Program-made: the position numbers and the translations under genes
Notes under the pieces: generated by a model
The model's input: only the letters and a program-made list of their open reading frames with translations
The model's database searches: none
What the model was told of the DNA's origin: nothing
Assembly: GCA_963804595.1 (NCBI GenBank)
Contig: CAWDQZ010000009.1
Location: 312,248-376,247, forward strand
DNA from: an uncultured Solirubrobacterales bacterium
Lineage (GTDB): Bacteria > Actinomycetota > Thermoleophilia > Solirubrobacterales > 70-9
DNA: 64,000 bases
Direction: 5' to 3'
Part shown: positions 17,995-27,911 of the stretch, one piece after another
Layout of the letters: every line of letters starts with the position of its first letter
Position numbering within the stretch: the stretch's first letter is position 1

Positions 17995-19080
17995 GTGGCC
18001 GACGAGAAGCCCACACCGGAGGTCCGCCTCGATCAGCTCACGGGCCTGCGGACGATCCTCTCCCCCGCGCGGGCCGACCGCCCCTTCGACTTCGGTGGCG
18101 CACCGACGGGGCCGAACGACGAGGCGCGGGAGAAGTGCCCCTTCTGCGAGGGCCGCGAGGACCGCACCCCGCCGGAGATCTGGGCGGATCGCCCGGGCGG
18201 CGGCGATCCCGACACGCCGGGGTGGCGGGTTCGCGCCGTTCCCAACCTCTACCCGGCGCTGGCCCAGACCTGGGAGGACGAGTCGGCGGGCGCGCCCGAG
18301 GGTGGATCGGAGGACGGCGGTGGGCTGTCCGCAGCCGGGGACCCGCTGCGGGCGTCCTCCCGTGGACGGGAACCCGACCTGTTCCGCGCCTCGGTGGCCA
18401 CCGGCTTCCACGAGGTGATCGTCAACGCGCCCGAGCACCACACCTCTCTCGGACAACTGGACGATTCCGAGCTCGCCGCCGCGGTGGCAGGCTGGCGGGA
18501 GAGGATGCGGGCCTACGCCGAGCGGGCGGCTTACACGCAGCTGATCGTCAACGAGGGGCCCGACGCCGGCGCATCGTTGGAGCACAGCCACGCACAGCTC
18601 TACGCGCTGGGCTTCGTCCCCGCTGCGGTCGCCCGCGAGCGGGAGCGCTTCTCCTCCTACAACCTGCACACGATGGGCGGCGACCTACTGGCGGAGATCG
18701 CCTCGGAGGAGGTGCGCCGGCGCGAACGGCTGGTCGCGATCGACGACGATGCTCTGCTCATCTGCCCGTGGGCGTCGCGTTCACCGTTCGAGCTGAGGAT
18801 CATCCCCCGCACCGCCGCGCAGAGCTTCGAGCGGGACGGGGAGGTGGGCCTCGGCATGCTGCGGACCGCGCTGCGGGCGCTGGATGCCCGTTTCGGCTCG
18901 GTCCCGCAGTTCAACGCCTGGACGATCACCGCCCCGCGCGGGGCCGAGACCTTCCACTGGCACCTGGACATCGCGCCGCGAATCGGGATCCGCGCCGGAT
19001 TCGAGATGTCGACCGGCGTCGAGCTCAACGTCTTCCCTCCAGAGCGCGCCGCGGCTGAGCTGCGCGAGGCGCTTGGGTAG
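17995..19080 (+). CDS. galT: Galactose-1-phosphate uridylyltransferase family (HIT superfamily)
   Basis: GTG start directly after the GNAT stop. The Zn motif CPFCEGRE and the active-site HSHAQL (HxHxQ) are present. Confidence 0.8.
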   Translation: MADEKPTPEVRLDQLTGLRTILSPARADRPFDFGGAPTGPNDEAREKCPFCEGREDRTPPEIWADRPGGGDPDTPGWRVRAVPNLYPALAQTWEDESAGAPEGGSEDGGGLSAAGDPLRASSRGREPDLFRASVATGFHEVIVNAPEHHTSLGQLDDSELAAAVAGWRERMRAYAERAAYTQLIVNEGPDAGASLEHSHAQLYALGFVPAAVARERERFSSYNLHTMGGDLLAEIASEEVRRRERLVAIDDDALLICPWASRSPFELRIIPRTAAQSFERDGEVGLGMLRTALRALDARFGSVPQFNAWTITAPRGAETFHWHLDIAPRIGIRAGFEMSTGVELNVFPPERAAAELREALG

Positions 19081-19092
19081 GGTCATCCCTTC

Positions 19093-19731
19093 GTGCCGCC
19101 CGTCCGTCGCCCGATTCCCCGCTTCATCGCCGACGCCAGCGTCGAGGGGCTTCCCTATGGCCGCTGGGGGCAGCGGCTGCGCGACGAGTTCGCCAAGGCC
19201 TGTGAGCCCCACCTCGCCGAGGCCGGAGGGCCGCCCGGCGAGGTGACCTGGTTCCCGGAGCGTGCCTGGGGCGGCCGGGTCTACGTTCCCGCGGTCGCCC
19301 CCGTTGATGGCGCGGCCGAGCCGAGCGAGTTCTTCGGGTTCGTCTCCTTCGTGCGACCGGCCGAGGAAGAGGAAGGCGAGGCGGGCGACTTCGAGGCCAG
19401 CGCCGACTTCACCGACGTGACCGCCGACCAGAACCCGGACTGGATGATCGATCTGAACGAGGAGGTGATCGGCACCTGGCGTGGTGAGAGCGATCGCCGG
19501 GGGGACGTCACGCTGGTCTGGGGAACGCCCCTGATCCCGGGCGCGAAGGCGGCGACGGCCGAACTCGAGGCGGAGGTCGTCGACCAGACGCCGATCGCGG
19601 ACGAGCGCTTCTCCCTGATCGCACTCGACGCCGTCAGGGGGTTTCCCGATGAGCTCTTCCTCGAGGTCAAGGTCTGGAGCAGCCAGGGGCAGCAGCTCGC
19701 CGCCGAGAGCCTCTACGAGGAGCCCGAGTAG
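19093..19731 (+). CDS. Hypothetical acidic protein
   Basis: GTG start and high GC3 throughout. The antisense ORF 18781-19908 is Arg/Gly-rich and artefact-like. I recognise no motif. Confidence 0.55.
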   Translation: MPPVRRPIPRFIADASVEGLPYGRWGQRLRDEFAKACEPHLAEAGGPPGEVTWFPERAWGGRVYVPAVAPVDGAAEPSEFFGFVSFVRPAEEEEGEAGDFEASADFTDVTADQNPDWMIDLNEEVIGTWRGESDRRGDVTLVWGTPLIPGAKAATAELEAEVVDQTPIADERFSLIALDAVRGFPDELFLEVKVWSSQGQQLAAESLYEEPE

Positions 19732-19916
19732 GCCTCGCTCGGCGCTGGCGAGGTGCGCGCGGAGCGAATTGCCGAGCGGTGTCGGAGGCCTTCGGGTTCG
19801 GGGTCTCGTCGAAGGCGGCCTCGAAGCCGACGCGGTGAAGCAGTTCCCTGCCATGTCGATCAGCGGGCCGGCAGCCGTTAACAAGACCGGCAGGCTGCGC
19901 ATCCGCATCCAGCGAT

Positions 19917-20312
19917 TCAGCCGCCGTCGAGGTGGAGATCCATCAACTCAACGTCGAGGATCCGCCCGAACTTCTCGCCGCATCGGCGCTGGGTGCCGAT
20001 GCGGGTGAAGCCGGAGCGCTCGCACAGCCGGATGCTCGCCTCGTTCGCCTCGCCGATCCTTGCGAGTACCACCCCGACACCGACCTCTCGCGCTCGCTCG
20101 ACGAGGGCCTCGAGCAGTGAGTGCCCGACCGCGCGACCACGGAAGTTGCGCTGCACGTAGACCGAGCCTTCACCAGTGCGGGCGTACGCTCCACGTGACG
20201 ACCACGGGTTCAGGCTCGCCCATCCGACGACGCGACGGTCGATCTCCGCGACGATTACGGGATGGCGATCAGTGTCGCGCTCGGTGAGCCAGCCATCATC
20301 GCGACCGATCAC
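19917..20312 (-). CDS. Phosphinothricin-acetyltransferase-like GNAT; the coordinates are the ORF from GTG 20312, but homology continues upstream to ~20426
   Basis: The ORF encodes ..VAEIDRRVVGWASL..VYVQRNFRGRAVGHSLLEAL... The same frame is open upstream and encodes ATIREARIDDLEAIFEIYNHEVLHGTATFDTEPL, the conserved PAT N-terminus (compare Bar [33 protein letters not shown]). That stretch contains no ATG/GTG/TTG. Confidence 0.75.
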   Translation of the reverse strand: MIGRDDGWLTERDTDRHPVIVAEIDRRVVGWASLNPWSSRGAYARTGEGSVYVQRNFRGRAVGHSLLEALVERAREVGVGVVLARIGEANEASIRLCERSGFTRIGTQRRCGEKFGRILDVELMDLHLDGG

Positions 20313-20637
20313 CAGCGGCTCGGTATCGAAGGTCGCGGTGCCGTGCAGGACCTCGTGGTTGTAGATCTCGAAGATCGCCTCGAGATCGTCGATTCGAGCC
20401 TCACGGATCGTTGCCTGGGCGGCCAGGGTGCGACGACTGTATTGAGCCGGGTCGTGAGCTGAGTCGCCGTCGATTCGCTGCCCGGATGCAACCTTCCGCT
20501 CGCATATGGCGGCCTAGCATGGGGTAATCACCGACGACCCTCTCGAGCTGAACCGGGCGCGCTGGGACGCCCTGGCCGCCGTCCACGGCCAGGACGCCGT
20601 CTACGACTCCGAGGGCCTCGTCGCCGGCCGCTACGAC

Positions 20638-21348
20638 TTGCGGGAGGCCGAGGCGGCGGCCGTGGCGCAAGCCGCCCCCGAGCTGCGCGGACGCGACGTC
20701 GTGCACATCCAGTGCCACATCGGGTTCGACACGATCGCGCTCGCGCGCCGCGGCGCGCGCGTGACGGGCGTGGACTTCTCGCGCGCCTCGCTGACCAAGG
20801 CCGCGGACCTGGCCGAGCGCTGCGGCGTTGAGATCGAGTGGGTGCAAGCCGACGCTGCCGCACTGCCGGACAGCCTGCGCGGCGGCTTCGACCTCGCCTA
20901 CGCCACGATCGGGGCGATCAGCTGGATCGAGGACATCGGCGCGTGGATGCGCTGCGCCGCGGCGACGCTGCGGCCCGGCGGCCGGCTCGTGCTTGTCGAG
21001 ATCCACCCGCTTTATGGGATGGTCGAAGCAGCGGGCGAGCCGCTGCGGCTCGACTTCCCCTATGCGTTCGACGGGCCTCGCCGCTTCGACGAGCCCGGTT
21101 CCTACGCCGACCCGGACGCGAACGTGTCGGTTACCGCCGAGGTCGGCTACGGGCACTCGCTGGGGGAGGTTGTCAACGCCGCGATCGCCGCGGGGCTGCG
21201 GATCGACGCGCTACGAGAGCACATGGAGACCGACCTCGATCCCCGCGGAGACCTGCTGACCCAGGGGGAGGACGGCCGCTACCGGCTCGAGGTGTCGGGC
21301 GAGCGCCTCCCTGTCCTCTTCACGCTGATCGCGACCCGCCCTGCCTGA
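20638..21348 (+). CDS. Class I SAM-dependent methyltransferase; the coordinates start at the first canonical start (TTG), but the conserved N-terminus extends to ~20521
   Basis: The SAM motif reads VVHIQCHIGFDTIALARRGARVTGVDFS. The same frame upstream (from 20518) encodes ..LNRARWDALAAVHGQDAVYDS, typical of the family N-terminus. ATG 20519 is out of frame by one nt at a G4 run. Confidence 0.75.
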   Translation: MREAEAAAVAQAAPELRGRDVVHIQCHIGFDTIALARRGARVTGVDFSRASLTKAADLAERCGVEIEWVQADAAALPDSLRGGFDLAYATIGAISWIEDIGAWMRCAAATLRPGGRLVLVEIHPLYGMVEAAGEPLRLDFPYAFDGPRRFDEPGSYADPDANVSVTAEVGYGHSLGEVVNAAIAAGLRIDALREHMETDLDPRGDLLTQGEDGRYRLEVSGERLPVLFTLIATRPA

Positions 21349-21464
21349 CCGCGCCCTCGATTGGGCAGAAATGGTCAGAAACTCCGATTCCGCCGATACG
21401 CTGGATCGGTTGGTGGACGCCCCCGAGTCGGCGATTCCAGGCCTGGAGCGGAAACCAACACTTG

Positions 21465-21538
<74 letters not shown>

Positions 21539-21653
21539 CTCTACCTGAGCGCTCGTACGCGCCGGCTGATCGCGCGAGCGGTGAGGGGCTGGCCAAGCGG
21601 CGCGTAACACGTCCGTCACCCCGCCCGGCGCCCGAGGGTGATAGGACTACCGC

Positions 21654-22067
21654 GTGATCTCCACCGTCGCTGTGGGCACGGATGGCTCCGAGACGGCCGG
21701 CGAGGCAGTCCAGCAGGCCGCCGAGTTCGCGCGCCGCTTCGACGCGAAGCTGGTCCTGCTCAGCGCGTTCAAGGAAGGGGCGCCGCCGACCGTCACCGAC
21801 GAGGCCCAGTGGGCCTACAGCCCGGCGGCCCAGCTGCGGGAGATCCTCGCCCGGACCGAGACCGAGTTGAACCAGCAGGGAATCGAATGCACGACCCTGG
21901 TCGACGAGGGAGACCCGGGCGACGTGCTGGTGCGCCTGGCAGATGACTGCGGCGCAGACGTCCTCGTGATCGGCAACAAGGGCATTCACCGACGGGTCCT
22001 GGGGAGCGTGCCGAAGTCGGTGGCGCACAACGCCGACTGCTCGGTCTACGTCGTCAAGACGACCTAG
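21654..22067 (+). CDS. Universal stress protein (UspA family)
   Basis: GTG start. VAVGTDGSETAGEAV.. and the C-terminal ATP motif VIGNKGIHRRVLGSVPKSVAHNADCSVYVV are present. Confidence 0.85.
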   Translation: MISTVAVGTDGSETAGEAVQQAAEFARRFDAKLVLLSAFKEGAPPTVTDEAQWAYSPAAQLREILARTETELNQQGIECTTLVDEGDPGDVLVRLADDCGADVLVIGNKGIHRRVLGSVPKSVAHNADCSVYVVKTT

Positions 22068-22092
22068 CGTCGCCGCGTGGAATAGTCAGCGC

Positions 22093-22809
22093 GTGGCCGA
22101 GACCCTGTCGGTACCGCGTCGCTTCAACGGGCCGCTCGAAAGCGGTCACGGCGGTTACTGCTCTGCGGTCCTCGCCGCGTTCGTCGACGGGCCGGCCGAG
22201 GTCACTCTGAGAAGCCCCGTTCCGCTCGAGACCGCGCTCGATGTCGTTCGCGGGGATGACGGCACGGTCCGAGTGGCCGAAGGCGAGACGCTCGTCGCCG
22301 AGGCCGCGCCGACGCCCGAGCTCGATCTGGAGGTTCCCGACCGGGTGAGTGTGGAGGAGGCGCGCGCGGCGAAGGCCCGCTACCGGGGATCGACCGAGGG
22401 CCTCTTCAGTCATTGCTTCGTCTGCGGGCCAGGTCGCGAGGATGCGCTGGGCGTATTCGCGGGCGAGGTTGAGGACCGTGAGGTCGTCGCGTCGACATGG
22501 ACGCCGCCCGAATGGACGGCGGACGACGCGGGGGCCGTGCTGCCCGAATTCATCTGGGCCGTCATGGACTGCCCCACCTACTTCGCCGCCTACCGGGAGG
22601 GAGCGATGCCGATGAGCTTCCTCGGTCGGATGGCGGCGCGGATCGACGCGCCGGTGCTCGCCGGCGAGGAGCACGTCGTCATGGCCTGGCCGATCTCGCG
22701 GGACGGGCGGAAGCAGGACGCCGGAGCGGCGGTCATCTCGAGCGAGGGCGAGGTGCAGGCTGTCGCGCGGGCTCTGATGATCGAGCCGCGGGAGGCTCAC
22801 GGACCGTGA
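22093..22809 (+). CDS. Hypothetical protein, hotdog-fold/thioesterase-like; first gene of the hut operon
   Basis: GTG start. The motifs GHGGYCSAVL and HCFVCGP resemble PaaI-like hotdog proteins. The stop overlaps the hutH GTG (GTGA). Confidence 0.5.
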   Translation: MAETLSVPRRFNGPLESGHGGYCSAVLAAFVDGPAEVTLRSPVPLETALDVVRGDDGTVRVAEGETLVAEAAPTPELDLEVPDRVSVEEARAAKARYRGSTEGLFSHCFVCGPGREDALGVFAGEVEDREVVASTWTPPEWTADDAGAVLPEFIWAVMDCPTYFAAYREGAMPMSFLGRMAARIDAPVLAGEEHVVMAWPISRDGRKQDAGAAVISSEGEVQAVARALMIEPREAHGP

Positions 22810-24338
22810 TCGAGCTGACCGGCGAGGGGCTGACGCCAGCGCAGGTGGTCTCCGTCGCCCGGGACGACGCGGAGGTCGAACTGGCCGATCGGGCTCGCGC
22901 GGCAATGGAGAAGAGCGCCGCTGTCGTCGACGGGCTGACCGCCTCGTCGGAGCCCGCCTACGGAGTCTCGACCGGCTTCGGCTCCCTGGCGACGACGCGG
23001 ATCCCCGCGGAGCGCCGCGAGGAGCTCCAGCGGGCGTTGCTTCGCTCTCACGCGGCCGGGATGGGAGATCCGGTCGAGCGCGAGGTCGTGCGGGCGATGA
23101 TGCTTCTGCGGGCCCGATCGCTGGCGATGGGGTATTCGGGCGCGCGGCCGGAGGTCGCCGACGTCATCCTCCGGCTGCTGAACGCGGGCCTCACCCCTCT
23201 CGTTTTCGAACACGGCTCGCTCGGCGCAAGCGGCGATCTGGCGCCGTTGGCGCATTGCGCCCTGGTGCTGATCGGAGAGGGAGAGGTCAGCGACGGGTCG
23301 GGCGGCAGGCGGGCGGCTGCTGAGGCGCTGGCGGAGGCCGGACTCCAGCCGCTCACGCTGCGGGCCAAGGAGGGGCTCGCGCTGATCAACGGCACGGACG
23401 GCATCCTCGGGATGCTGATCCTGGCCGTCGCGGACCTCCGCTCGCTGCTCCGGGGGGCCGACATCGCGGCGGCGATGTCGGTCGAGGCTCTGCTGGGGAC
23501 CGACCGGGCCTTCGCCGAGGATCTGATCGCGCTGCGGCCGCAGCCGGGACAGGCCGACAGCGCCGCCAACCTGCGCCGTCTGCTCGCCGGCTCGCCGATC
23601 GTCGCCAGCCATCGCGAGGACGACCCCCGGGTTCAGGACGCCTACTCCCTGCGCTGCGCCCCGCAGGTCAACGGCGCCGCCCGGGACGCGCTCGCCTACG
23701 CCGAGCGAGTGGCCGAGCAGGAGCTCGGCTCGGCGATCGACAACCCGATGATCCTGCCCGACGGCCGGGTCGAGTCCTGCGGCAACTTCCACGGTGCGCC
23801 CCTCGGGCTCGCCTGCGACCTGCTCGCTATGGCGGTCGCCGACACGGGGGCGATCGCCGAGCGCCGCACGGACCGCCTGCTCGATGCCAGTCGCTCGGAG
23901 GGGCTCCCCCCGTTCCTCGCGGAGGACCCGGGAGTCAACTCCGGCCTGATGATCAGTCAGTACACCCAGGCGGCGATGGTGTCCGAGAACCGGCGGCTGG
24001 CCGTTCCGGCGGGTGTCGATTCGCTGCCGACCAGCGCGATGCAGGAGGACCACGTCTCGATGGGCTGGTCGGCGGCTCGGAAGCTGCGCACGGCCATCTA
24101 CAACCTCGGCCGGATCCTCGCGGTGGAGGCGGTGTGCGCCGCGCGCGGGCTCGAACTGCGTGCCCCGCTGGAGCCCGGGCCGGGAACCGGGGCGGCCGTT
24201 GCGGCGATCCGGGCGGCGGGGGTCCCCGGGCCGGGTCCCGACCGCCGGGTGGCCCCAGAGCTCGAGGCCGCGGAGCGGCTGGTGGCCACGGGTGGGATCG
24301 TGAGCGCCGTGGAAGAGGAGGTCGGGGAGCTCCGATGA
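22806..24338 (+). CDS. hutH: Histidine ammonia-lyase
   Basis: VYGVSTGFG and the MIO-forming [14 protein letters not shown] motif are present. The length is 510 aa. Confidence 0.9.
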   Translation: MIELTGEGLTPAQVVSVARDDAEVELADRARAAMEKSAAVVDGLTASSEPAYGVSTGFGSLATTRIPAERREELQRALLRSHAAGMGDPVEREVVRAMMLLRARSLAMGYSGARPEVADVILRLLNAGLTPLVFEHGSLGASGDLAPLAHCALVLIGEGEVSDGSGGRRAAAEALAEAGLQPLTLRAKEGLALINGTDGILGMLILAVADLRSLLRGADIAAAMSVEALLGTDRAFAEDLIALRPQPGQADSAANLRRLLAGSPIVASHREDDPRVQDAYSLRCAPQVNGAARDALAYAERVAEQELGSAIDNPMILPDGRVESCGNFHGAPLGLACDLLAMAVADTGAIAERRTDRLLDASRSEGLPPFLAEDPGVNSGLMISQYTQAAMVSENRRLAVPAGVDSLPTSAMQEDHVSMGWSAARKLRTAIYNLGRILAVEAVCAARGLELRAPLEPGPGTGAAVAAIRAAGVPGPGPDRRVAPELEAAERLVATGGIVSAVEEEVGELR

Positions 24339-25996
24339 GCGGTCCTCGCGAAGTCCGCGCCCCGCGGGGCGGCAAGCTGTCATGCAGGGGCTGGCAGCAG
24401 GAGGCGGTGCTGCGCATGCTGATGAACAACCTGGACCCCGAGGTCGCGGAGAATCCCGACCAACTCGTCGTCTACGGCGGCAGCGGCCGAGCCGCGCGAT
24501 CCTGGGAGGCGTTCGACGCGATCGTGCGGTCACTGCGTGAGCTGGGCGACGACGAGACGCTGCTCGTGCAGTCGGGCAAGCCGGTCGGTGTCTTTCGCAC
24601 CCACGAGTGGTCGCCCCGCGTCTTGATTGCGAACTCGAACCTGGTCGGCGAGTGGGACAACTGGGACCAGTTCCGCAGGCTCGAGGCGGAGGGCCTGACG
24701 ATGTACGGACAGATGACCGCGGGCTCCTGGATCTACATCGGGACCCAGGGGATCGTCCAGGGGACCTATGAATGCTTCGCGGAGATCGCCAGGCGCCGCT
24801 TCACGGGCTCGCTCGAGGGAACGATCACCCTGACCGCCGGACTCGGCGGAATGGGAGGCGCACAGCCGCTCGCGATCACGATGAACGGTGGCGTTGCGCT
24901 CTGCGTCGAGGTCGACGAGAGCCGCCTGCGCCGGCGCATCGATACCCGCTACCTCGACGAGGAGGCGAGCGACCTCGACGACGCGATCTCACGGGTCCGG
25001 GAAGCGAAGGCGGAGGGGCGCGCGCTCAGCGTCGGGCTGCTGGCCAACGCGGCCGATGTCCTGCCAGAGCTCCAGAAGATGGGGTTCGAGGCGGACATCG
25101 TCACCGACCAGACCAGCGCCCACGACCCGCTCAGCGGCTACGTCCCGAACCTGATGACGCTGGAGGAGGCGCTGCGGCTGCGCGAGCAGGATCCCGATCA
25201 ATACGTCAGGCGCTCCCGCGCCGCGATCGCCGCCCACTGCGCCGCGATGGTCGGCTTCCTCGACGCCGGGGCGGAGGTCTTCGACTACGGCAACAGCCTG
25301 CGTGCCGAGGCGGAGCTGGGCGGGTTCGAGCGGGCCTTCGCCTATCCCGGCTTCGTGCCCGCCTACATCCGCCCGCTGTTTTGCGAGGGGAAGGGGCCCT
25401 TCCGCTGGGTGGCGCTCTCCGGGGATCCGGCGGACATCGAGGCGACCGACCGGGCGGTGCTCGAGGAGATCCCGGACGACGAGGCGCTCCATCGCTGGAT
25501 CACGCTCGCCGAGGAGCGGATCACCTATCAGGGCCTGCCGGCCCGGATCTGCTGGGCCGGGTACGGGGAGAGGGCGCGTCTCGGGCTGCGCTTCAACGAG
25601 CTGGTGCGCTCGGGCGAGGTCTCGGCGCCGATCGTCATCGGACGCGACCACCTGGATTCCGGCTCGGTCGCTTCCCCCTACCGCGAGACCGAGTCGATGG
25701 CGGACGGCTCGGATCCGATCGCCGACTGGCCGCTGCTCAACGCTCTGGTGAACACGGCCGCCGGAGCGTCGTGGGTGAGCATCCACGACGGGGGCGGGGT
25801 CGGCATCGGGCGCTCGCTCCATGCGGGAATGGTCTGCGTGGCGGACGGCACCGATCTCGCTGCGGAGAAGCTCGAGCGCGTGCTGACCAGCGACCCCGGC
25901 ACGGGCGTGATGCGCCACGCGGATGCCGGCTACGAGAGGGCGATCGCGGTCGCCTCCGAGCGCGGAGTCCGGCTGCCGATGCGGGACGCCGAGTGA
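24335..25996 (+). CDS. hutU: Urocanate hydratase
   Basis: ATGA overlap with hutH. The motifs ..[32 protein letters not shown].., [14 protein letters not shown] and GIGRSLHAG are present. Confidence 0.9.
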   Translation: MSGPREVRAPRGGKLSCRGWQQEAVLRMLMNNLDPEVAENPDQLVVYGGSGRAARSWEAFDAIVRSLRELGDDETLLVQSGKPVGVFRTHEWSPRVLIANSNLVGEWDNWDQFRRLEAEGLTMYGQMTAGSWIYIGTQGIVQGTYECFAEIARRRFTGSLEGTITLTAGLGGMGGAQPLAITMNGGVALCVEVDESRLRRRIDTRYLDEEASDLDDAISRVREAKAEGRALSVGLLANAADVLPELQKMGFEADIVTDQTSAHDPLSGYVPNLMTLEEALRLREQDPDQYVRRSRAAIAAHCAAMVGFLDAGAEVFDYGNSLRAEAELGGFERAFAYPGFVPAYIRPLFCEGKGPFRWVALSGDPADIEATDRAVLEEIPDDEALHRWITLAEERITYQGLPARICWAGYGERARLGLRFNELVRSGEVSAPIVIGRDHLDSGSVASPYRETESMADGSDPIADWPLLNALVNTAAGASWVSIHDGGGVGIGRSLHAGMVCVADGTDLAAEKLERVLTSDPGTGVMRHADAGYERAIAVASERGVRLPMRDAE

Positions 25997-26568
25997 GCGT
26001 TCGCGAGGTCGTGCAGATCGGCGACCCGGTGCTCCGCGAGGCCAGCCGGGACGTTGCCCCCGGTGAGATCTCCTCCTCGGAGATCCAGCAACTGATCGAC
26101 GACCTGATCGACACCAAGCGGGCGACCCACGGCGCCGGGATCGCAGCCAACCAGGTCGGTGAGGCGGTGCGCGTTGCGATCGTCGAGGTCGAGGAGGGAA
26201 ATCCGCGCTACCCCTACAAGCCCCCGGTCCCGCTCACGGTGATGATCAACCCGGTCCTGGAGCCGCTCGGCGACGAGGTGGTCGAGATCAACGAGGGCTG
26301 CCTCTCGGTGCCGGACCTGCGCGGGAGCCTCTTGCGCCAGCTCACCGTCCGGGTTCGCTACCTCGACCGGGAGGGCCTCGAGCACGAGGAGGTCAGGCGC
26401 GGCCTGACGGCCGGCACCTTCCAGCACGAGATCGACCACCTGAACGGCACGCTGTTCGTCGACCGAGCCGATCCGAGGACGTTCGCGACCTGGCAGCAGT
26501 TCGACCGTCATCAGCGCGAGCAGTTCGTCGAGCGCGTGGCGCGGCTCGTCGACGAAGTGGGATCGTGA
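25993..26568 (+). CDS. def: Peptide deformylase family protein (paralogue embedded in the hut operon)
   Basis: GTGA overlap with the hutU stop. All three PDF motifs are intact: [15 protein letters not shown] and HEIDHLNG. No fmt gene is adjacent. Confidence 0.85.
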   Translation: MSVREVVQIGDPVLREASRDVAPGEISSSEIQQLIDDLIDTKRATHGAGIAANQVGEAVRVAIVEVEEGNPRYPYKPPVPLTVMINPVLEPLGDEVVEINEGCLSVPDLRGSLLRQLTVRVRYLDREGLEHEEVRRGLTAGTFQHEIDHLNGTLFVDRADPRTFATWQQFDRHQREQFVERVARLVDEVGS

Positions 26569-27911
26569 GCGACGACCGAGCGGCCTCACTGTGGTGCGAA
26601 TTCGGCTGGCTCGGCGGCGAGCGAGCCGAGGCGGGGGTCCTGATCGAGCTGGATGGCGAGCGGATCGGCTCGATCGACACAGGTGTGACCGAGGCGCCGG
26701 CCGAGGCGACCAAGCTGATCGGCCTGACGATCCCGGGAATGGCCAACGCCCACTCCCACGCATTCCAGCGCGCACTGCGCGGGCGCACCCAGGGGGAGCG
26801 GGGCGACTTCTGGACCTGGCGCGAGCGGATGTACGAGATCGCCAAGGGGATCGACCCCGACTCCTACCTCGCCCTGGCCCGCGCGACCTTCGGCGAGATG
26901 GCGCTCGCTGGGATCACCGCGGTCGGAGAGTTCCACTATCTCCATCACGCCCCCGGAGGCGACCGCTACGAGGACCCGAACGCGATGGGGAGGGCCGTGA
27001 TCGACGCGGCGCGCGAGGCGGGAATCCGGATCACCCTGCTGGACGCGTGCTACCTCCACGGCGGGATCGGGCAGGAGGCGGAGGGAACCCAGCTCCGCTT
27101 CTCGGATGGCACGGCCGACGACTGGGCGGAGCGCGTCGACGGGCTCGAGGAAACCGCGGGCGTGCGCCTCGGCGCGGCTATCCACAGCGTCCGCGCGGTC
27201 GACCCGGAGTCCGCGGCGCGTGTCGCGGCCTTCGCCGGCGAACGCTCCTGGCCGCTCCACGCCCACCTCTCCGAGCAGCCCGCCGAGAACGAGGACTGCC
27301 GGTCCGCCTACGGAATGACCCCGACCGCGCTCCTCGGGAAGGCCGGGGCGCTCTCGGGGCGCTTCACCGCGGTGCATGCGACCCACCTGGCCGGTGACGA
27401 CTTCGAGCTGCTGGGAGGGACGGAATGCGGGGTCTGCCTCTGCCCGACGACCGAGCGTGATCTCGCCGACGGCGTCGGCCCGGCGCGACGGCTGGTCGAG
27501 GCCGGGGCACGACTGTCACTCGGTACCGACTCGCACGCACAGATCGATCCCTTCGAGGAGGCCCGTGCGGTCGAGCTCGACCGGCGACTGGAGAGCGGGG
27601 AGCGGGGAGGGCATTCAGCCGGCGAGCTGCTCTCGGCAGCCGCGGCCGGCGGCTGCGCCTCCATCGGCTGGCCCGAGGCCGGGCGGATCGATCCCGGTGC
27701 GCTCGCCGACCTCGTGACCGTCGGGCTCGACGGCGTCCGGCTAGCCGGGGCCGATCCGGATCACCTGATCGAATCCCTGGTCTTCGCGGGAGCCGCCGCC
27801 GACGTGCGGCACGTCATCGTCGGCGGGCAATTCATCGTCAGCGATGGCGCGCATCGAAGACTCGACGTCGCCGCCGAGCTCGCCGAGGCGATCGCCGGGC
27901 AGCCCGGATGA
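26565..27911 (+). CDS. hutF: Formimidoylglutamate deiminase (amidohydrolase superfamily)
   Basis: GTGA overlap with def. The metal motif GMANAHSHAFQRALRG, AIHSVRAV, HAHLSEQ and GTDSH are present. The gene order and family are typical of HutF. Confidence 0.8.
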   Translation: MSDDRAASLWCEFGWLGGERAEAGVLIELDGERIGSIDTGVTEAPAEATKLIGLTIPGMANAHSHAFQRALRGRTQGERGDFWTWRERMYEIAKGIDPDSYLALARATFGEMALAGITAVGEFHYLHHAPGGDRYEDPNAMGRAVIDAAREAGIRITLLDACYLHGGIGQEAEGTQLRFSDGTADDWAERVDGLEETAGVRLGAAIHSVRAVDPESAARVAAFAGERSWPLHAHLSEQPAENEDCRSAYGMTPTALLGKAGALSGRFTAVHATHLAGDDFELLGGTECGVCLCPTTERDLADGVGPARRLVEAGARLSLGTDSHAQIDPFEEARAVELDRRLESGERGGHSAGELLSAAAAGGCASIGWPEAGRIDPGALADLVTVGLDGVRLAGADPDHLIESLVFAGAAADVRHVIVGGQFIVSDGAHRRLDVAAELAEAIAGQPG

